A stretch of DNA of 64,000 nt from Candidatus Woesearchaeota archaeon (GCA_016188155.1 JACPIH010000002.1:68655-132654), one strand, 5' to 3'. Positions 30,293-41,197 are shown, numbered from the stretch's first letter. Notes: generated by a model not told the origin, from the sequence alone. Made by a program: numbers and translations.

Positions 30293-30964
30293 TTAAATCA
30301 GCCCTCCCCTTCTTGAAAGTTCTTGAAAGTCGTTAACATCTATTTTTGAAAGGCTGTCAACGATTTTGTCAGCAATGGAAACATCCTGGTTCTTTGTGTG
30401 CTCTGTGAGCAGGGCTATGCACACCATGCCAGCATTTTTCGCTGCCAAAATGCCTGTTTCGGAGTCTTCTACTACAACGCATTCGTCTGGCTTCAGCTTA
30501 AGCCTTCCCGCAACCTCGAGGTAGATGTCTGGCGCAGGCTTGGTTTTTGTTACGTCCGAGCCCGTGACTACAGTCACGAATGTGTTTCCCAGCTTCAGAA
30601 AGTTCAGGACATTCCACACCTTTGTTTTTGAGCTGCTTGAAGCCAGGGCAACAATGTAGTTGTTAGCTCTCAGCTTTGCAACGAGCTCGTGGAAGCCAGG
30701 GTTTGGCTTAAGGTTGAGTTCCTCTATGGCTTTTTTGATGTACTCCTCGCGTTTTGCCACGAGCGCTTCAAGGTCGGCTGTGACCCCGTGCTGTTTTAAA
30801 ATTTCGTCGTAAATCTGCCTTCCAGGCTTGCCTGTGTGCTTTAGGTATTCGCCTTTGCTGATGTTCAGACCAACGCTGTTCAGCACCTTTGAGTCAGCGA
30901 CGAAGTTGAGCTGCGCAGTGTCTACAACAACCCCATCCATGTCAAAGATTACGGTTTTTATCAT
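30293..30964 (-). CDS. HAD phosphatase (beta-PGM/CbbY family)
   Basis: FDMDGVVVDT, ASSS, KPAPDIY and VEDSETGI. Confidence 0.9.
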   Translation of the reverse strand: MIKTVIFDMDGVVVDTAQLNFVADSKVLNSVGLNISKGEYLKHTGKPGRQIYDEILKQHGVTADLEALVAKREEYIKKAIEELNLKPNPGFHELVAKLRANNYIVALASSSSKTKVWNVLNFLKLGNTFVTVVTGSDVTKTKPAPDIYLEVAGRLKLKPDECVVVEDSETGILAAKNAGMVCIALLTEHTKNQDVSIADKIVDSLSKIDVNDFQELSRRGGLI

Positions 30965-31155
30965 GCTAATCACTTCGGTTCCGGTTTCTGTGGCAGTATA
31001 TAAATTTTATTTTGTTTACATATTGGCCATGCGCTGTTTAAAGGCAGCTTAAGGGATATTTTGGGTGAAGGCGTCGCAACCGAAAACTTTAAGTATGATT
31101 GCTTAGGGCTCTTTATTAGCCATTTTTCGGATAATCATATATTGCGTTTTTGTAA

Positions 31156-32262
31156 GTGGTGGGTGAAGTCTGCGTGAGGAAACTGTTTATCCCTGGGCCT
31201 GTTCAGGTGAGCAGGCGAGTTCTGGAGGAAATGGCCAGGCCGATGATGCACCACAGGTCTGCAGAATGCATAGCAATCATCAAAGAAATTAAGGGGTTGC
31301 TGTCGGATTTCCTTTATACCAACAATGATATTTTTCTGCTGACGTGCTCTTCGACAGGTGCTATGGAAGCCAGTATGCGAAGCTGCGTGGTTGGGAGCGT
31401 GTTGTGCGTCGCGAATGGCGAATTCGGAAGAAGGTGGCATTCCATAGCTGTTTCAAACGGCAAAGAGGCAAAGCTTTTGGATTTCGGTGATGGTAAATTA
31501 ATTGATTACAGCTTGGTAGCCGAGGAGTTAAGGAAAGGCGGTTTTGACGCGGTTGCTTTTGTAGTCAATGAAACCTCTACAGGCATGGAAAACGATTCTA
31601 AAGCGCTCAAAAAGGCTGTTCAGTCTGTTTCGAAAGACATCATTATCTTGGCGGATGGCGTTTCAGCCGTGTTCGGAACTATGCTTGACATAGACGACTA
31701 CGATGTACTCCTGTTTGCAACTCAGAAGGCACTCGCATTGCCTCCTGGCATGGCTATCATAATCGCGAATGACAAGGCAATTGAGCGTTCGAAGGCTGTT
31801 AAGGACAGGGGGTATTACTTTGACTTTCTTAACCTGAAAAAGCGGAGCGACGAGAACATGACCATAACAACGCCAGCCCTGCCCATAATTTACGCCCTAA
31901 GGTATCGCCTGCAAGAGATAAAGAAGCACGGCATTAACAGCTACATTGAGAACCACAATGCCAAGGCTGAGCTTGTCCGCAAGGAAATTCGCAAAATGGG
32001 CTTCGGGCTTTTCGTGCCAAGCAGCTATTCAAACACAGTCACTGTTATTTCCAACAACCTTGGCATTGACGTTGAGAAACTGATCAGGCTTCTTGGCGAA
32101 AAAGGATTCGCTATAGAAAACGGCTATGGCCCGTTGAAGAACAAAACATTCCGCATAAGCCACATGGGCGATATCACTTCCGAAGATACTAAGCAGTTGT
32201 TAAAAGAAATGGGAAAAATAATCAAAACTCTAACGTCTGAGCATAAGCATGAAACAGGTTAA
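31156..32262 (+). CDS. Class V PLP aminotransferase (serine-pyruvate/alanine-glyoxylate/phosphoserine type)
   Basis: FIPGPV, HRS, NETSTG, DGVS, TQKALALPPG and FRISHMG. Confidence 0.9.
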   Translation: MVGEVCVRKLFIPGPVQVSRRVLEEMARPMMHHRSAECIAIIKEIKGLLSDFLYTNNDIFLLTCSSTGAMEASMRSCVVGSVLCVANGEFGRRWHSIAVSNGKEAKLLDFGDGKLIDYSLVAEELRKGGFDAVAFVVNETSTGMENDSKALKKAVQSVSKDIIILADGVSAVFGTMLDIDDYDVLLFATQKALALPPGMAIIIANDKAIERSKAVKDRGYYFDFLNLKKRSDENMTITTPALPIIYALRYRLQEIKKHGINSYIENHNAKAELVRKEIRKMGFGLFVPSSYSNTVTVISNNLGIDVEKLIRLLGEKGFAIENGYGPLKNKTFRISHMGDITSEDTKQLLKEMGKIIKTLTSEHKHETG

Positions 32263-33316
32263 GGTTTTTGCACCTGCGACTATAGCAAATATTGGTCCAG
32301 GGTTTGACATATTTGGGGTCGCGCTTTATAATATCGGCGACGTTGTAGAAGCAAGGTTAACTGATTCTTTTAAAGGCGTTAGGCTGGCAGAGGTAACGGT
32401 TGCGTCTGACAGCGCAGGCGTTAAAGACATGCCTAAGGATGAAGGCAACCTTGTTTTTCCTGTTGCCAAGCTCATCTACGAGGCAATTGGCAATCATGAA
32501 GTTGGGGTTGAAATCAGGCTTGTCAAGAGGATGGGCATAGGAACAGGGCTTGGCAGCAGCGCCTCAAGCTCTGTTGCTTCTGCTGTTGCAGTTAACGAGG
32601 TGCTTGGCGGTATTTTAGCCCGTGATAGCGTGAAGATGCTGGCTGCTGTTATTGAGGGCGAGTACATTGCTTGCGGCTCAAGGCACGCTGATAATGTTTT
32701 TCCAAGCCTGCTCGGCGGTTTAGTCTTTGTTGAAGACGCTGCCTCTTTTAAGTTCAAAAAATTCGGGGTTGGAAAGGACGCGTTCTTTGTCATTGCCTCT
32801 CCCGACTTGGTTGTGAGCACTCGAGAAGCCAGGGAAGCCCTGAAGGCTTCGCCTTACAACATTAAGGAGCTTGTAAGGTTTTCAAGCTCAACTGTAAAGC
32901 GCTTCATTGAATCTGGTACAGGCAGCCGCTTTAATGCCCAGATACCGGATTCTGTAGTGGGCAGCGGCTCAAGAAGCGTTGTCAAGGCCTACATTGAGGG
33001 AACTCTGGATGTTTTAAGCGGGCTGCTTAATAATGATGTTGAAGCGCTAGGCAGGGGCACGCTGAAGGATGGCATTGTGACGCCTGTGCGTGCCAAACTG
33101 ATTCCGGGTTATGATGCAGTTAAGGAGGCTGCACTTGGGGTAGGTGCCAAGGGCTTCTCTATATCCGGCTCAGGCCCTTCTGTTTTCGCAGTTGCTTACA
33201 AGGAAGACTGTGAGAAAGTGAAAAATGCCATGTTGGGCGCTTTTGAAAGGCACAAGATAACGGCAAAAGGGCACATTTCTGCAGTGAACAACAACGGCGC
33301 CTTGGTTGTTGAGTAA
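32249..33316 (+). CDS. thrB: Homoserine kinase-like GHMP kinase with an internal insertion
   Basis: PATIANIGPGFD, GTGLGSSASS, HADNV and ISGSGPS. Confidence 0.82.
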   Translation: MKQVKVFAPATIANIGPGFDIFGVALYNIGDVVEARLTDSFKGVRLAEVTVASDSAGVKDMPKDEGNLVFPVAKLIYEAIGNHEVGVEIRLVKRMGIGTGLGSSASSSVASAVAVNEVLGGILARDSVKMLAAVIEGEYIACGSRHADNVFPSLLGGLVFVEDAASFKFKKFGVGKDAFFVIASPDLVVSTREAREALKASPYNIKELVRFSSSTVKRFIESGTGSRFNAQIPDSVVGSGSRSVVKAYIEGTLDVLSGLLNNDVEALGRGTLKDGIVTPVRAKLIPGYDAVKEAALGVGAKGFSISGSGPSVFAVAYKEDCEKVKNAMLGAFERHKITAKGHISAVNNNGALVVE

Positions 33317-33445
33317 AGGAATAACGTCTGCTTTGAAACTTTGAAATCTTGCTGTCCCTGTTTGTTGTTGCTGTTTTCATACGTAGAAATATATTTAAAG
33401 AAAGGCTTTTAGCTGCATTCTCAGCTGTAGATTATCAGGTTAAAA

Positions 33446-35218
33446 ATGAAGCTGTCTGACTATGTCATAGAGTTTTTGGTGCAGCGTGGCGTTAGGCACG
33501 TTTTTCTTATATCCGGAGGAGCGGTTGCGCACCTTGTTGATTCTGCTGCCAGGAACCCAAAAATTACGTATGTTTGCCCAGAGCACGAGCAGAATGCCGG
33601 AGCAGCTGCTGACGCTTATTCAAGAATTACGGAGAACTTAGGCGCCGTCCTTACCACGAGCGGGCCTGGTGCCACTAACCTTGTGACGAGCGTTTGCAAT
33701 TCCTATTTTGACTCAATTCCTGTTATTTTCATCACAGGCCAGGTTGCAACATTTCGCATAAGACCCAACGAGAGGCTTCGCCAGAAGGGTTTTCAGGAAA
33801 CTGATGTTATTTCAATATTTAAGTCAATCACTAAGTACGCAACACAGCTTAGGAAGGCAGAGGACATTAAATGTGTCCTTCAGGAAGCAGTCTATGCAGC
33901 CACGTCAGGGCGCATGGGCCCTGTCCTAGTTGATATTCCAGATGACATTCAACGCGCCGAGATTGACCCTGATAAGCTACGTGAATTTGTTCCCCCCTCT
34001 GCTCACGCTAACAGCGATTTTTCGGCTGTTAAGGACATTTTTGCGGCAATAAGGTCTGCAAAAAGGCCTGTCCTGATTCTCGGAGCCGGCGTGAGGCTTT
34101 CTGGAACAATCCTTGAAGCTTTGAAGTTTGCAGAATACTTCCGAATTCCTCTCCTGCTTACCTGGGGAGCGACGGACATCGCAGAATACAGCCATGAGCT
34201 CAACATGGGCGGTCTTGGGGTTTGCGGCCCAAGAGGGGGTAACTTTGCAGCCCAGACATCAGACCTTGTTGTTGCACTTGGAACAAGGCTTTCACAGATG
34301 ATCACAGGCGGTAAGCAGAACCTTTTTGCACCTAACGCTAAGAAAATCATGGCAGACATTGATCCTGAAGAGCTTAACAAGTTCGGTCCGAATGATGTTG
34401 TTCTCGACTTGAAGATTCAGTGTGACTTGAGGGAGTTCTTTGCGGAGTGTGAAAGGCTCTACACCCCTGGCGAGAAGGACAGATTTATGGAATGGAGGCA
34501 GCAGATTAATGAATGGCGGAGAATATACCCAACCTGTCCTCAATCAAACTATGAAAAGAAGGAAGGTGTTGACGCCTATGTCTTCGTAAAGGAGCTTTCT
34601 AAGGCCGCAAATGAGGGGGATATGATATTTACCGATGCGGGCGGCAACCTGAGCCAGACCATGCAGGCCTTTGAGGTCAAGAAAAGGCAGCGGCTCATCT
34701 CCGCCTGGAACCACTCACCCATGGGCTATTCACTTCCTGCATGCATCGGTGCCGCATTTGCCCTCAGCAAGGACAGCAGCAATAACATCCTTTGCATCAT
34801 TGGCGATGGCGGTCTGATGCTGTGCCTCGAGGAGCTTTCCGTAATTGTGAAGCACAAGCTGCCGATCAAGATATTTATTTTCAACAACCACGGCCACGGA
34901 ATCCAGAAGCAGACTCTTGACACGTGGCTGAACTCTCACTACGTGGCTGTAGACGAAGCTTCTGGCCTCGCCTTTGCTGATTTTGACAAAATAGGCCCAG
35001 CTTTCGGACTTCCGACCGTTATCATAAGAAACCACGAAGAACTTAAGGCAAAACTCGACCAGGTTCTTGACATGAGAGGGCCTGTTTTGTGCAACGTTAA
35101 AATTGCTGTTGACCAGAGGATTGTGCCCATGCTCAAGTTTGGCGCAGGGCTCGAGGACCTTGACCCGAAGTTGCCAAGGGAGGATATAGAGTCTATCATG
35201 GCGATTGTTAAGGGTTAA
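33446..35218 (+). CDS. Thiamine-diphosphate enzyme, acetolactate-synthase-like (YerE-type, glycan cluster)
   Basis: HEQNAG, TSGPGATN, GFQETD and GDGG...NN; no small regulatory subunit or ilvC nearby. Confidence 0.9.
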   Translation: MKLSDYVIEFLVQRGVRHVFLISGGAVAHLVDSAARNPKITYVCPEHEQNAGAAADAYSRITENLGAVLTTSGPGATNLVTSVCNSYFDSIPVIFITGQVATFRIRPNERLRQKGFQETDVISIFKSITKYATQLRKAEDIKCVLQEAVYAATSGRMGPVLVDIPDDIQRAEIDPDKLREFVPPSAHANSDFSAVKDIFAAIRSAKRPVLILGAGVRLSGTILEALKFAEYFRIPLLLTWGATDIAEYSHELNMGGLGVCGPRGGNFAAQTSDLVVALGTRLSQMITGGKQNLFAPNAKKIMADIDPEELNKFGPNDVVLDLKIQCDLREFFAECERLYTPGEKDRFMEWRQQINEWRRIYPTCPQSNYEKKEGVDAYVFVKELSKAANEGDMIFTDAGGNLSQTMQAFEVKKRQRLISAWNHSPMGYSLPACIGAAFALSKDSSNNILCIIGDGGLMLCLEELSVIVKHKLPIKIFIFNNHGHGIQKQTLDTWLNSHYVAVDEASGLAFADFDKIGPAFGLPTVIIRNHEELKAKLDQVLDMRGPVLCNVKIAVDQRIVPMLKFGAGLEDLDPKLPREDIESIMAIVKG

Positions 35219-35330
35219 CTGGGCTTACCGCAAACAATATAAATTTATAAAGTCAGTTCAATGTGTAATTCAATGTGTAATGATAAGCTGATGCTGTAAG
35301 CTAAGGCTAAGTTGTGAATGGGCTGCTGGG

Positions 35331-36473
35331 ATGGATTTACTTGTTGCGAAGGGAAGGGACCTTAAGAAGGAGGAGTTTCATGACAAGCATGAGGCTTTTA
35401 CCGACAAGGCATACGCGGATGGCGACCTGCTGCCTGACAGGTATGTGTTTGTGCTCACCAACCTCTGCAACCTAAGGTGCAGTTTCTGCTTTCAGAAAAA
35501 GGACCCCAGGAAAGATGCCATGACTACCGAGGGCTGGATTAGCCTTGCAAAGCAGCTTCCTGAATACGCCAGGGTGACAATGACAGGCGGGGAGCCGTTG
35601 GCGTTTCGCGGCTTTAAAGAAGTGTTTTCCTACGTGGCTGAGCGTTTTGACTGCAACATGGTTTCAAACGGGTTGCTCTGGAAGGAGGAATTGGTTGATT
35701 TTGTCCTCTCGTATCCAAAATTCAGGGTGCTTTCCATTTCGATAGACAACATTGGCAACACGCTGAGGGACGTGAGCCCCAACCAGTGGAAGCGAGCTGA
35801 AGAGATGATGAGGTACTTTGTTAAAAAGCGGGATGAGCTCAATTCCGGCTGCGTGCTGGAGGCCAAAACAGTAGTGCTGGATGATAATGCCGAGGATTTG
35901 CTTGCAATTCACAAATACTGCATTGAAGAGCTTGGCTGCGACCACCACTCCTTCCAGTTTCTGAAGGGCTCGCCAATCCAGCACGCTGATTTTATGTTCC
36001 AATTTGAGGATATTTTGAAAGAGTCCCATGCCGTTACTTACAAAAAATTTGATATCATAAAGCAGCAGTTGGATCTGGTAAGAAAGTACAACCTTAAAAC
36101 AGGAAAGGTTGCCTTCTCGCACCCCATCATCGGCTCGTTGATGTCAGAAAATCCCCTTCCGAACATTTCATACCTGAATGAGAGCAGGCACATTAAGGGA
36201 AATTACATGCCCTGCAAATTTCCGTGGTCAAGCGTGCATATTAATGTTGACGGAAACCTTTTTCCGTGCATGGCAGTTTCAATGGGAAATGTTAAGGAAA
36301 CTCCCCTTCGTGACATAATATTTGGCGAGCAGTTTACGAGGTTTAAGCGGCTTATAAGGGACGAGGGCACTGTTGAGGGGTGTAACCGCTGTGGCTGGCT
36401 AAGGCCAATTCCGAACCTGCGGCAGCAGGAGCCGGAAAAGCAGGTGCAAGTGGCTGTGTCGGAAAGTGAATGA
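35331..36473 (+). CDS. Radical SAM enzyme with a SPASM/Twitch domain
   Basis: CNLRCSFC, TGGEP, CKFPW..GNLFPC and GCNRC. Confidence 0.92.
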   Translation: MDLLVAKGRDLKKEEFHDKHEAFTDKAYADGDLLPDRYVFVLTNLCNLRCSFCFQKKDPRKDAMTTEGWISLAKQLPEYARVTMTGGEPLAFRGFKEVFSYVAERFDCNMVSNGLLWKEELVDFVLSYPKFRVLSISIDNIGNTLRDVSPNQWKRAEEMMRYFVKKRDELNSGCVLEAKTVVLDDNAEDLLAIHKYCIEELGCDHHSFQFLKGSPIQHADFMFQFEDILKESHAVTYKKFDIIKQQLDLVRKYNLKTGKVAFSHPIIGSLMSENPLPNISYLNESRHIKGNYMPCKFPWSSVHINVDGNLFPCMAVSMGNVKETPLRDIIFGEQFTRFKRLIRDEGTVEGCNRCGWLRPIPNLRQQEPEKQVQVAVSESE

Positions 36474-36476
36474 TTT

Positions 36477-37379
36477 ATGCCAAAGAAAGTTGTTATTCTT
36501 GGCGCGTCTGGATTCGTCGGCGGCTGGCTGCTGAAGCGGTTCCTGTCAGATTCGCCGTATACGGCGGTTGGTTACTCATCTGCGGATTGCAACCTGCTCT
36601 CCCCGGGCTCGATTCGCAAAGCACTGTCATCTGTCACTTCAGAAGACGTTATCGTTATGCTGTCGTGCATTACACGCCTTAGGGAAAATTCGTTTGAGTC
36701 CATGCTTAAAAACATCAAGATGGCAGACAACATTGCCTGTTTTGTCGAGAGCCATCCTGTGTCCCATTTTATTTACTTTAACACTGTTGACGTTTATGGG
36801 CTGATTCCGGAGGGGACTGTTATAAGTGAGAGTCTTCCGCCAAATCCGCATGATTACTACTCAATTTCCAAGCTTACAAGCGAGTTTATTCTTAAAAAGG
36901 CGTTATCGGAGAAGAATATACCTTTCCTTTCGCTGAGGTTTTCCGGAATTTACTGCCCTGGCGATGAGGGAAAAAGTACTATCAACGCCTTGTTATATTC
37001 CCTTTTTGACACAGGAAAAATCACAATCTTCGGTGACGGGAAGAGTACCAGGGATTTTGTATACGTTGATGACGCTTACAGGATAGTGGAAGAGGCTGTC
37101 AAGCGGCCATTGAACGCAACTGTGAACGTAGCTACCGGGAAAAGTTATTCAATTCTTGAAGTAATAGAAACCATTAAGTCATTAATCGATAAAAAATTCA
37201 CTATCGAGTTCAAGCCAATAGACTCCAAAGCCGAGAAAAGGCAAGGGAATATGGTGCATGATATTTCCCTCTTTCAGAAGTTGTTTCCCAATTTCGTTTT
37301 TACAAGCCTTAAAGCAGGACTGTCCCGGAACATCAAGCACATTACAAGCATTACGAGCATTACAAGCAAAAAAGATTAA
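36477..37379 (+). CDS. NAD-dependent epimerase/dehydratase
   Basis: LGASGFVG, YSISK and GDGKSTRDFVYV. Confidence 0.88.
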   Translation: MPKKVVILGASGFVGGWLLKRFLSDSPYTAVGYSSADCNLLSPGSIRKALSSVTSEDVIVMLSCITRLRENSFESMLKNIKMADNIACFVESHPVSHFIYFNTVDVYGLIPEGTVISESLPPNPHDYYSISKLTSEFILKKALSEKNIPFLSLRFSGIYCPGDEGKSTINALLYSLFDTGKITIFGDGKSTRDFVYVDDAYRIVEEAVKRPLNATVNVATGKSYSILEVIETIKSLIDKKFTIEFKPIDSKAEKRQGNMVHDISLFQKLFPNFVFTSLKAGLSRNIKHITSITSITSKKD

Positions 37380-38440
37380 ATCCTGTCAAATTCCTTTTTC
37401 AGTTCTGCGTAATTTTTGCATGTAACGTCAATGTATGCGGCACCAACATTTTTTGCAAACAACGCATCATCTTCGCTATCGCCTATTATGACGACCTTGT
37501 CAAAATCGCTGATGCTTATTCGCAACTCTTGAAGAGCATGGAGGAGCATACTAGGGCTGGGCTTCCTTCTCGTTTTTTTCTTTACAAAATCCGGATTGAA
37601 TTTAACTTCTTTTCGCAGGGCAGCATAGCTTGCATCAGCATCTGGGCAGTACTGCCAGCTGTCTATTGCAATCCCTTCTTCTTTCAATAACTTGCCTATG
37701 TGCCTGTTTACTTTTTCCACAGTTTCTGTGCCAAAATAGCCCCGCGCAACCCCTTGCTGGTTTGAAATTACCACCTTGACCGTGTCGTATTTTGTTTGTA
37801 CATAGCTGATAAGGTTGGTAACGTCTTTTTTTAGCCTTATCTGCTTTTCCCATAGCTTCTCTTTGCCGAGGAATGGCACATTTTCTATCAGGGTTCCGTC
37901 CCTGTCTATTCCCAACAGGAGCTTTTCCCGCTTTACTTTTTCCTGTATGTACCTGATTACATCTGTTGTCGACAGCTTCTCGTCATTTGTGTACCTGATT
38001 TCACCGCCTGCTGAGGTTATAGCCTCCCTCTCTGCGGTAATTCCTGGCGTTGTCTTGCCTATGAAATCTGGGCCTTTTATGTAATAAGACGGCTTCAGCT
38101 TTTCTATTACCTCAGTTGCACGCTCGAGGTCGCTGATAAACACGTAATCGACATACTCAATGCTTGCAACAGAGTAGGCCCGCAGTTTCTCTGAAAAGAT
38201 TGGCCTGCCGCTGCCTTTCCTTGCCGCCACGAATCTGTCCGAAGTCACAGATACGAAAAGACAGTCACACAGTTTTTTTGCTGACTCAAAGTGTTTAATG
38301 TGACCCGGATGCAAAAAGTCAAAGCCGCCGGCGCAAAGGCCTGCTTTTTTGTTTTGCCTCTTCAATTCAGAAATCCTCTTGGCCGCCGTGCCTATATCCA
38401 CTATTTTCTCAGACTTGAATTCATCAGTGTTTGCTTTCAT
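37376..38440 (-). CDS. Fusion of an RfaE/HldE-type nucleotidyltransferase and a GmhB-like HAD-IIIA phosphatase
   Basis: GGFDFLHPGH, KGSGRPIF, KGPDF and LSTT, followed by IDRDGTL, SNQQGVARG, YCP, RKPSP and IGDSEDD. Confidence 0.88.
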   Translation of the reverse strand: MKANTDEFKSEKIVDIGTAAKRISELKRQNKKAGLCAGGFDFLHPGHIKHFESAKKLCDCLFVSVTSDRFVAARKGSGRPIFSEKLRAYSVASIEYVDYVFISDLERATEVIEKLKPSYYIKGPDFIGKTTPGITAEREAITSAGGEIRYTNDEKLSTTDVIRYIQEKVKREKLLLGIDRDGTLIENVPFLGKEKLWEKQIRLKKDVTNLISYVQTKYDTVKVVISNQQGVARGYFGTETVEKVNRHIGKLLKEEGIAIDSWQYCPDADASYAALRKEVKFNPDFVKKKTRRKPSPSMLLHALQELRISISDFDKVVIIGDSEDDALFAKNVGAAYIDVTCKNYAELKKEFDRI

Positions 38441-38484
38441 AGTCTCCCAATCATCTTTCCTTGTCACTTTTGGCCGCCACCGCT

Positions 38485-39195
38485 TCAGCTTCCGAAATAA
38501 GCTCTGAAGAACATCTTCGGTATTGCTATGCAAACCCCAATAATGTTCTTTACCCTGAAAATGTTTGTCGCCGAGCCCTCCTCCTCCTGAATCAGCACTG
38601 GCACCTCAAGGTAAGAATGCTTCTGCTTGCTCTTAAGCAACTGAAGTAATACCTCTGCATGAAAAGCAAAGCTGCTTGTTGTTATTTTAACCTGCCTGGC
38701 CAGGCTGAGCTTATAAAGTGCCAGGCCGTTATAGTACTTTACGTTCAGGCCAAATAGTAAATTCAGCATGGTTGTATAAAGGGTTGAAACAAGTCTCCTT
38801 ACAATTGGCCTTACTTCAGGATTCATAGTATAGGAATTCAGAATGTCGGCATCACCTATCCTTCCAAGCATCCGCGCAATAGATTCTGCCGGTATTCCGT
38901 TATCGCCTGTCAGCAACATAATGTATTCTTTAGTGGCAAGCCTTATGGCTTCCCTGTACACCGCACCCGGCCCGCGGTTCGTTTTAAAATGAACTACCCT
39001 TATTCTTGGGTTCCTTTTGGCAAAATCTTCTGCAATTGCGCCTGAACTGTCCCTGCTACCGTCGTCAATTACGATTAGCTCATAATCAGCAACAAAGCGT
39101 TTTACAGTGTCATTTATAGTTGTAATTGAGTTGCCTAAGTTACGCTCCTCGTTGTAGGCTGGTACTATCAGGGTTATTGATGCCGCTTTTTTCAT
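38485..39195 (-). CDS. GT2 polyprenol-phosphate glycosyltransferase (DPM1/ArnC-like)
   Basis: VPAYNEE, DDGSRD and NRGPG; paralogue of 47754-48536. Confidence 0.88.
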   Translation of the reverse strand: MKKAASITLIVPAYNEERNLGNSITTINDTVKRFVADYELIVIDDGSRDSSGAIAEDFAKRNPRIRVVHFKTNRGPGAVYREAIRLATKEYIMLLTGDNGIPAESIARMLGRIGDADILNSYTMNPEVRPIVRRLVSTLYTTMLNLLFGLNVKYYNGLALYKLSLARQVKITTSSFAFHAEVLLQLLKSKQKHSYLEVPVLIQEEEGSATNIFRVKNIIGVCIAIPKMFFRAYFGS

Positions 39196-39307
39196 GCTTG
39201 CCCAATCTCAGAATGATTTTGCGAAGCTTTAAAAACTTTTTTGTGGCATTTGCCACGTTAAAAAGGCCTTTCCAGCTTCTTATTATTATGCTGTCACATA
39301 GTCATAG

Positions 39308-41191
39308 TCATATTTTGTATATCCTTATTCTGTTCCTATGGTACAGCAGATTGGCTTGAGCTTCGTCCTCTGTCAGGTTGTGCACCAACGTAATGGCTTT
39401 GCTGCCATTAATGGTGTTTCTGTATATGTCAAATAAGTCATCATTAATTAGGATGTGACTGATGTTGAGATCCTTCAGCCGCCTTAATAAGTCTGTAGTA
39501 TTGCTCATGCTCCAGTAGTCGATGTAATTCTGGTGGGGTGAGCTTATAACGTATTCCCTGTTTAGGAAATAGCCCCTTGGCTCGTTAAACAGCAGCACTA
39601 CAGAATCTGGTGTTGTGTTGGCATTTATCCAGGAAGCTGCGCCGTGAGCGTTGTAGTCTTTAAGCTGGTCATAGTATTCACCTTCACTTTCTCCAGACAA
39701 AAAGTAGTTGACACTCTTCGCGTTTATACCATACCATATTGCGGCATTAAATGCTAGCGAAACTATAAGCATCAAGAAAATGGCTGCTTTTAGTATCCTA
39801 TACTTGGACATTGAATCAATAACCATGGCTGTGGCCGCGCTTAACAAGGCTATTCCTGGGAACATGTACCTCAGCACAGGGTGGACCCAGAACTGTACCA
39901 TAAGGATGGCCGTGGCCATTACAAAGATTATGCTCCACGCTCTTATGTCCTTAACACCCTTGTAAAAGAAAATCAGCAGGGGTATTATCATGATGAAGAA
40001 TGGCGTGAGACCGATAACGGTGCCAAACGGCTTGCTGTTGAAGGTTATGTTCCAGTGCACAAGCAGGACGTTGGCCATGTTTTTGCCAAGGCCGACATAC
40101 TTATGATACGCTTCGTACGCGATGTCGTGCGAGGGCAAAAGGTAGTTCCCGCCAAAGATGCTGTGGCCTAAGGGGTAAACAGGGTTGCCTGTGTGAATGT
40201 AGCTTCTTGCGAGCCAGGGCATAGTGAGAAGCAGCACAACAGCAGCCAGCAGGAAAATCTCGATGCACGCTTGTTTTACGTTGACCTCTTTCTTGTACAG
40301 CAGCCTCGACAGCACCATGCCTATTACAAAGGCAAAGGCAACAAAGACGCCTGTCAGCTTTACAGCCGTTGCTAATCCTATCAGAATTCCGCATAACAGC
40401 GTCAGCAAAATTCTTCGGCGGCTGTCACTTTCATGGGCGTACTTGAACAGGACCAGGACAGCTGCGAGGAAGAAGTAAGCCACGCTTATGTCAACCATTG
40501 TCTGCGGCAAGCGCTCAATCATCACAGGCGCTGTAAAAAAAAGCAGAACCCCTGTTATCGCTGCTGATTCTGAGCTTTTTTTCCTGATAAGCGCGTATAT
40601 CGCGAGGCTAGCGAGGATGCCGAACGAGTAAGCTATGAGGGGCGAAAGATTTGGCGTTGAGAAAAGCTCTGAGATTGTGTACAGCATCGTCATGCCTTGT
40701 GGCATCGTTGTGTACATCTGGCTTGGCTGGTAAACGAGGCTGTGGCTACCGGCGTACACTTTCGCAAACGCGAGATGGTAAACCATTGAGTCAAACTCGT
40801 ACACTGGCGAAAGGGCGGGGATAAAGTTGATAAGTACGAAAAATATGCACGCGAGGAGCAGCACGCCAGCCAGGGTTGGCTTTAGCGTTTGCCTAATGTA
40901 TTTGCCAAGCAACATGGCAAGCTGGCAGAAGCGCTTTACTTCTTTGAAAAAAAGCACAACAGCTACTACGGCCATTGCGATGTAAAATCCACTGTAAAGC
41001 AGCTTGAACGTGCCTAGCAGGATTGTCAGGTTCATTATAACGCCTGCCCCTAATGCAACGCTGATGAGAAATTCCTCAAGTTTGCCAAGGTCTGTTTTGA
41101 ATATTGCAAGTATTCTCCTGCCGATGCTAAAAGTAACCACTAAAAATATGAGCAGCATGGTAAGGCTTACAATGGAAATTAGCAAAGACAA
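39308..41191 (-). CDS. Multi-TM GT-C-fold glycosyltransferase (ArnT/PMT-like)
   Basis: DSMVYHL loop, D in MVDIS, K in AVKLTG, PWLARSYIHTGNPVYP and RYMFP; 13 or more TM segments. Confidence 0.8.
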   Translation of the reverse strand: MSLLISIVSLTMLLIFLVVTFSIGRRILAIFKTDLGKLEEFLISVALGAGVIMNLTILLGTFKLLYSGFYIAMAVVAVVLFFKEVKRFCQLAMLLGKYIRQTLKPTLAGVLLLACIFFVLINFIPALSPVYEFDSMVYHLAFAKVYAGSHSLVYQPSQMYTTMPQGMTMLYTISELFSTPNLSPLIAYSFGILASLAIYALIRKKSSESAAITGVLLFFTAPVMIERLPQTMVDISVAYFFLAAVLVLFKYAHESDSRRRILLTLLCGILIGLATAVKLTGVFVAFAFVIGMVLSRLLYKKEVNVKQACIEIFLLAAVVLLLTMPWLARSYIHTGNPVYPLGHSIFGGNYLLPSHDIAYEAYHKYVGLGKNMANVLLVHWNITFNSKPFGTVIGLTPFFIMIIPLLIFFYKGVKDIRAWSIIFVMATAILMVQFWVHPVLRYMFPGIALLSAATAMVIDSMSKYRILKAAIFLMLIVSLAFNAAIWYGINAKSVNYFLSGESEGEYYDQLKDYNAHGAASWINANTTPDSVVLLFNEPRGYFLNREYVISSPHQNYIDYWSMSNTTDLLRRLKDLNISHILINDDLFDIYRNTINGSKAITLVHNLTEDEAQANLLYHRNRIRIYKI

Positions 41192-41197
41192 AGGCAG

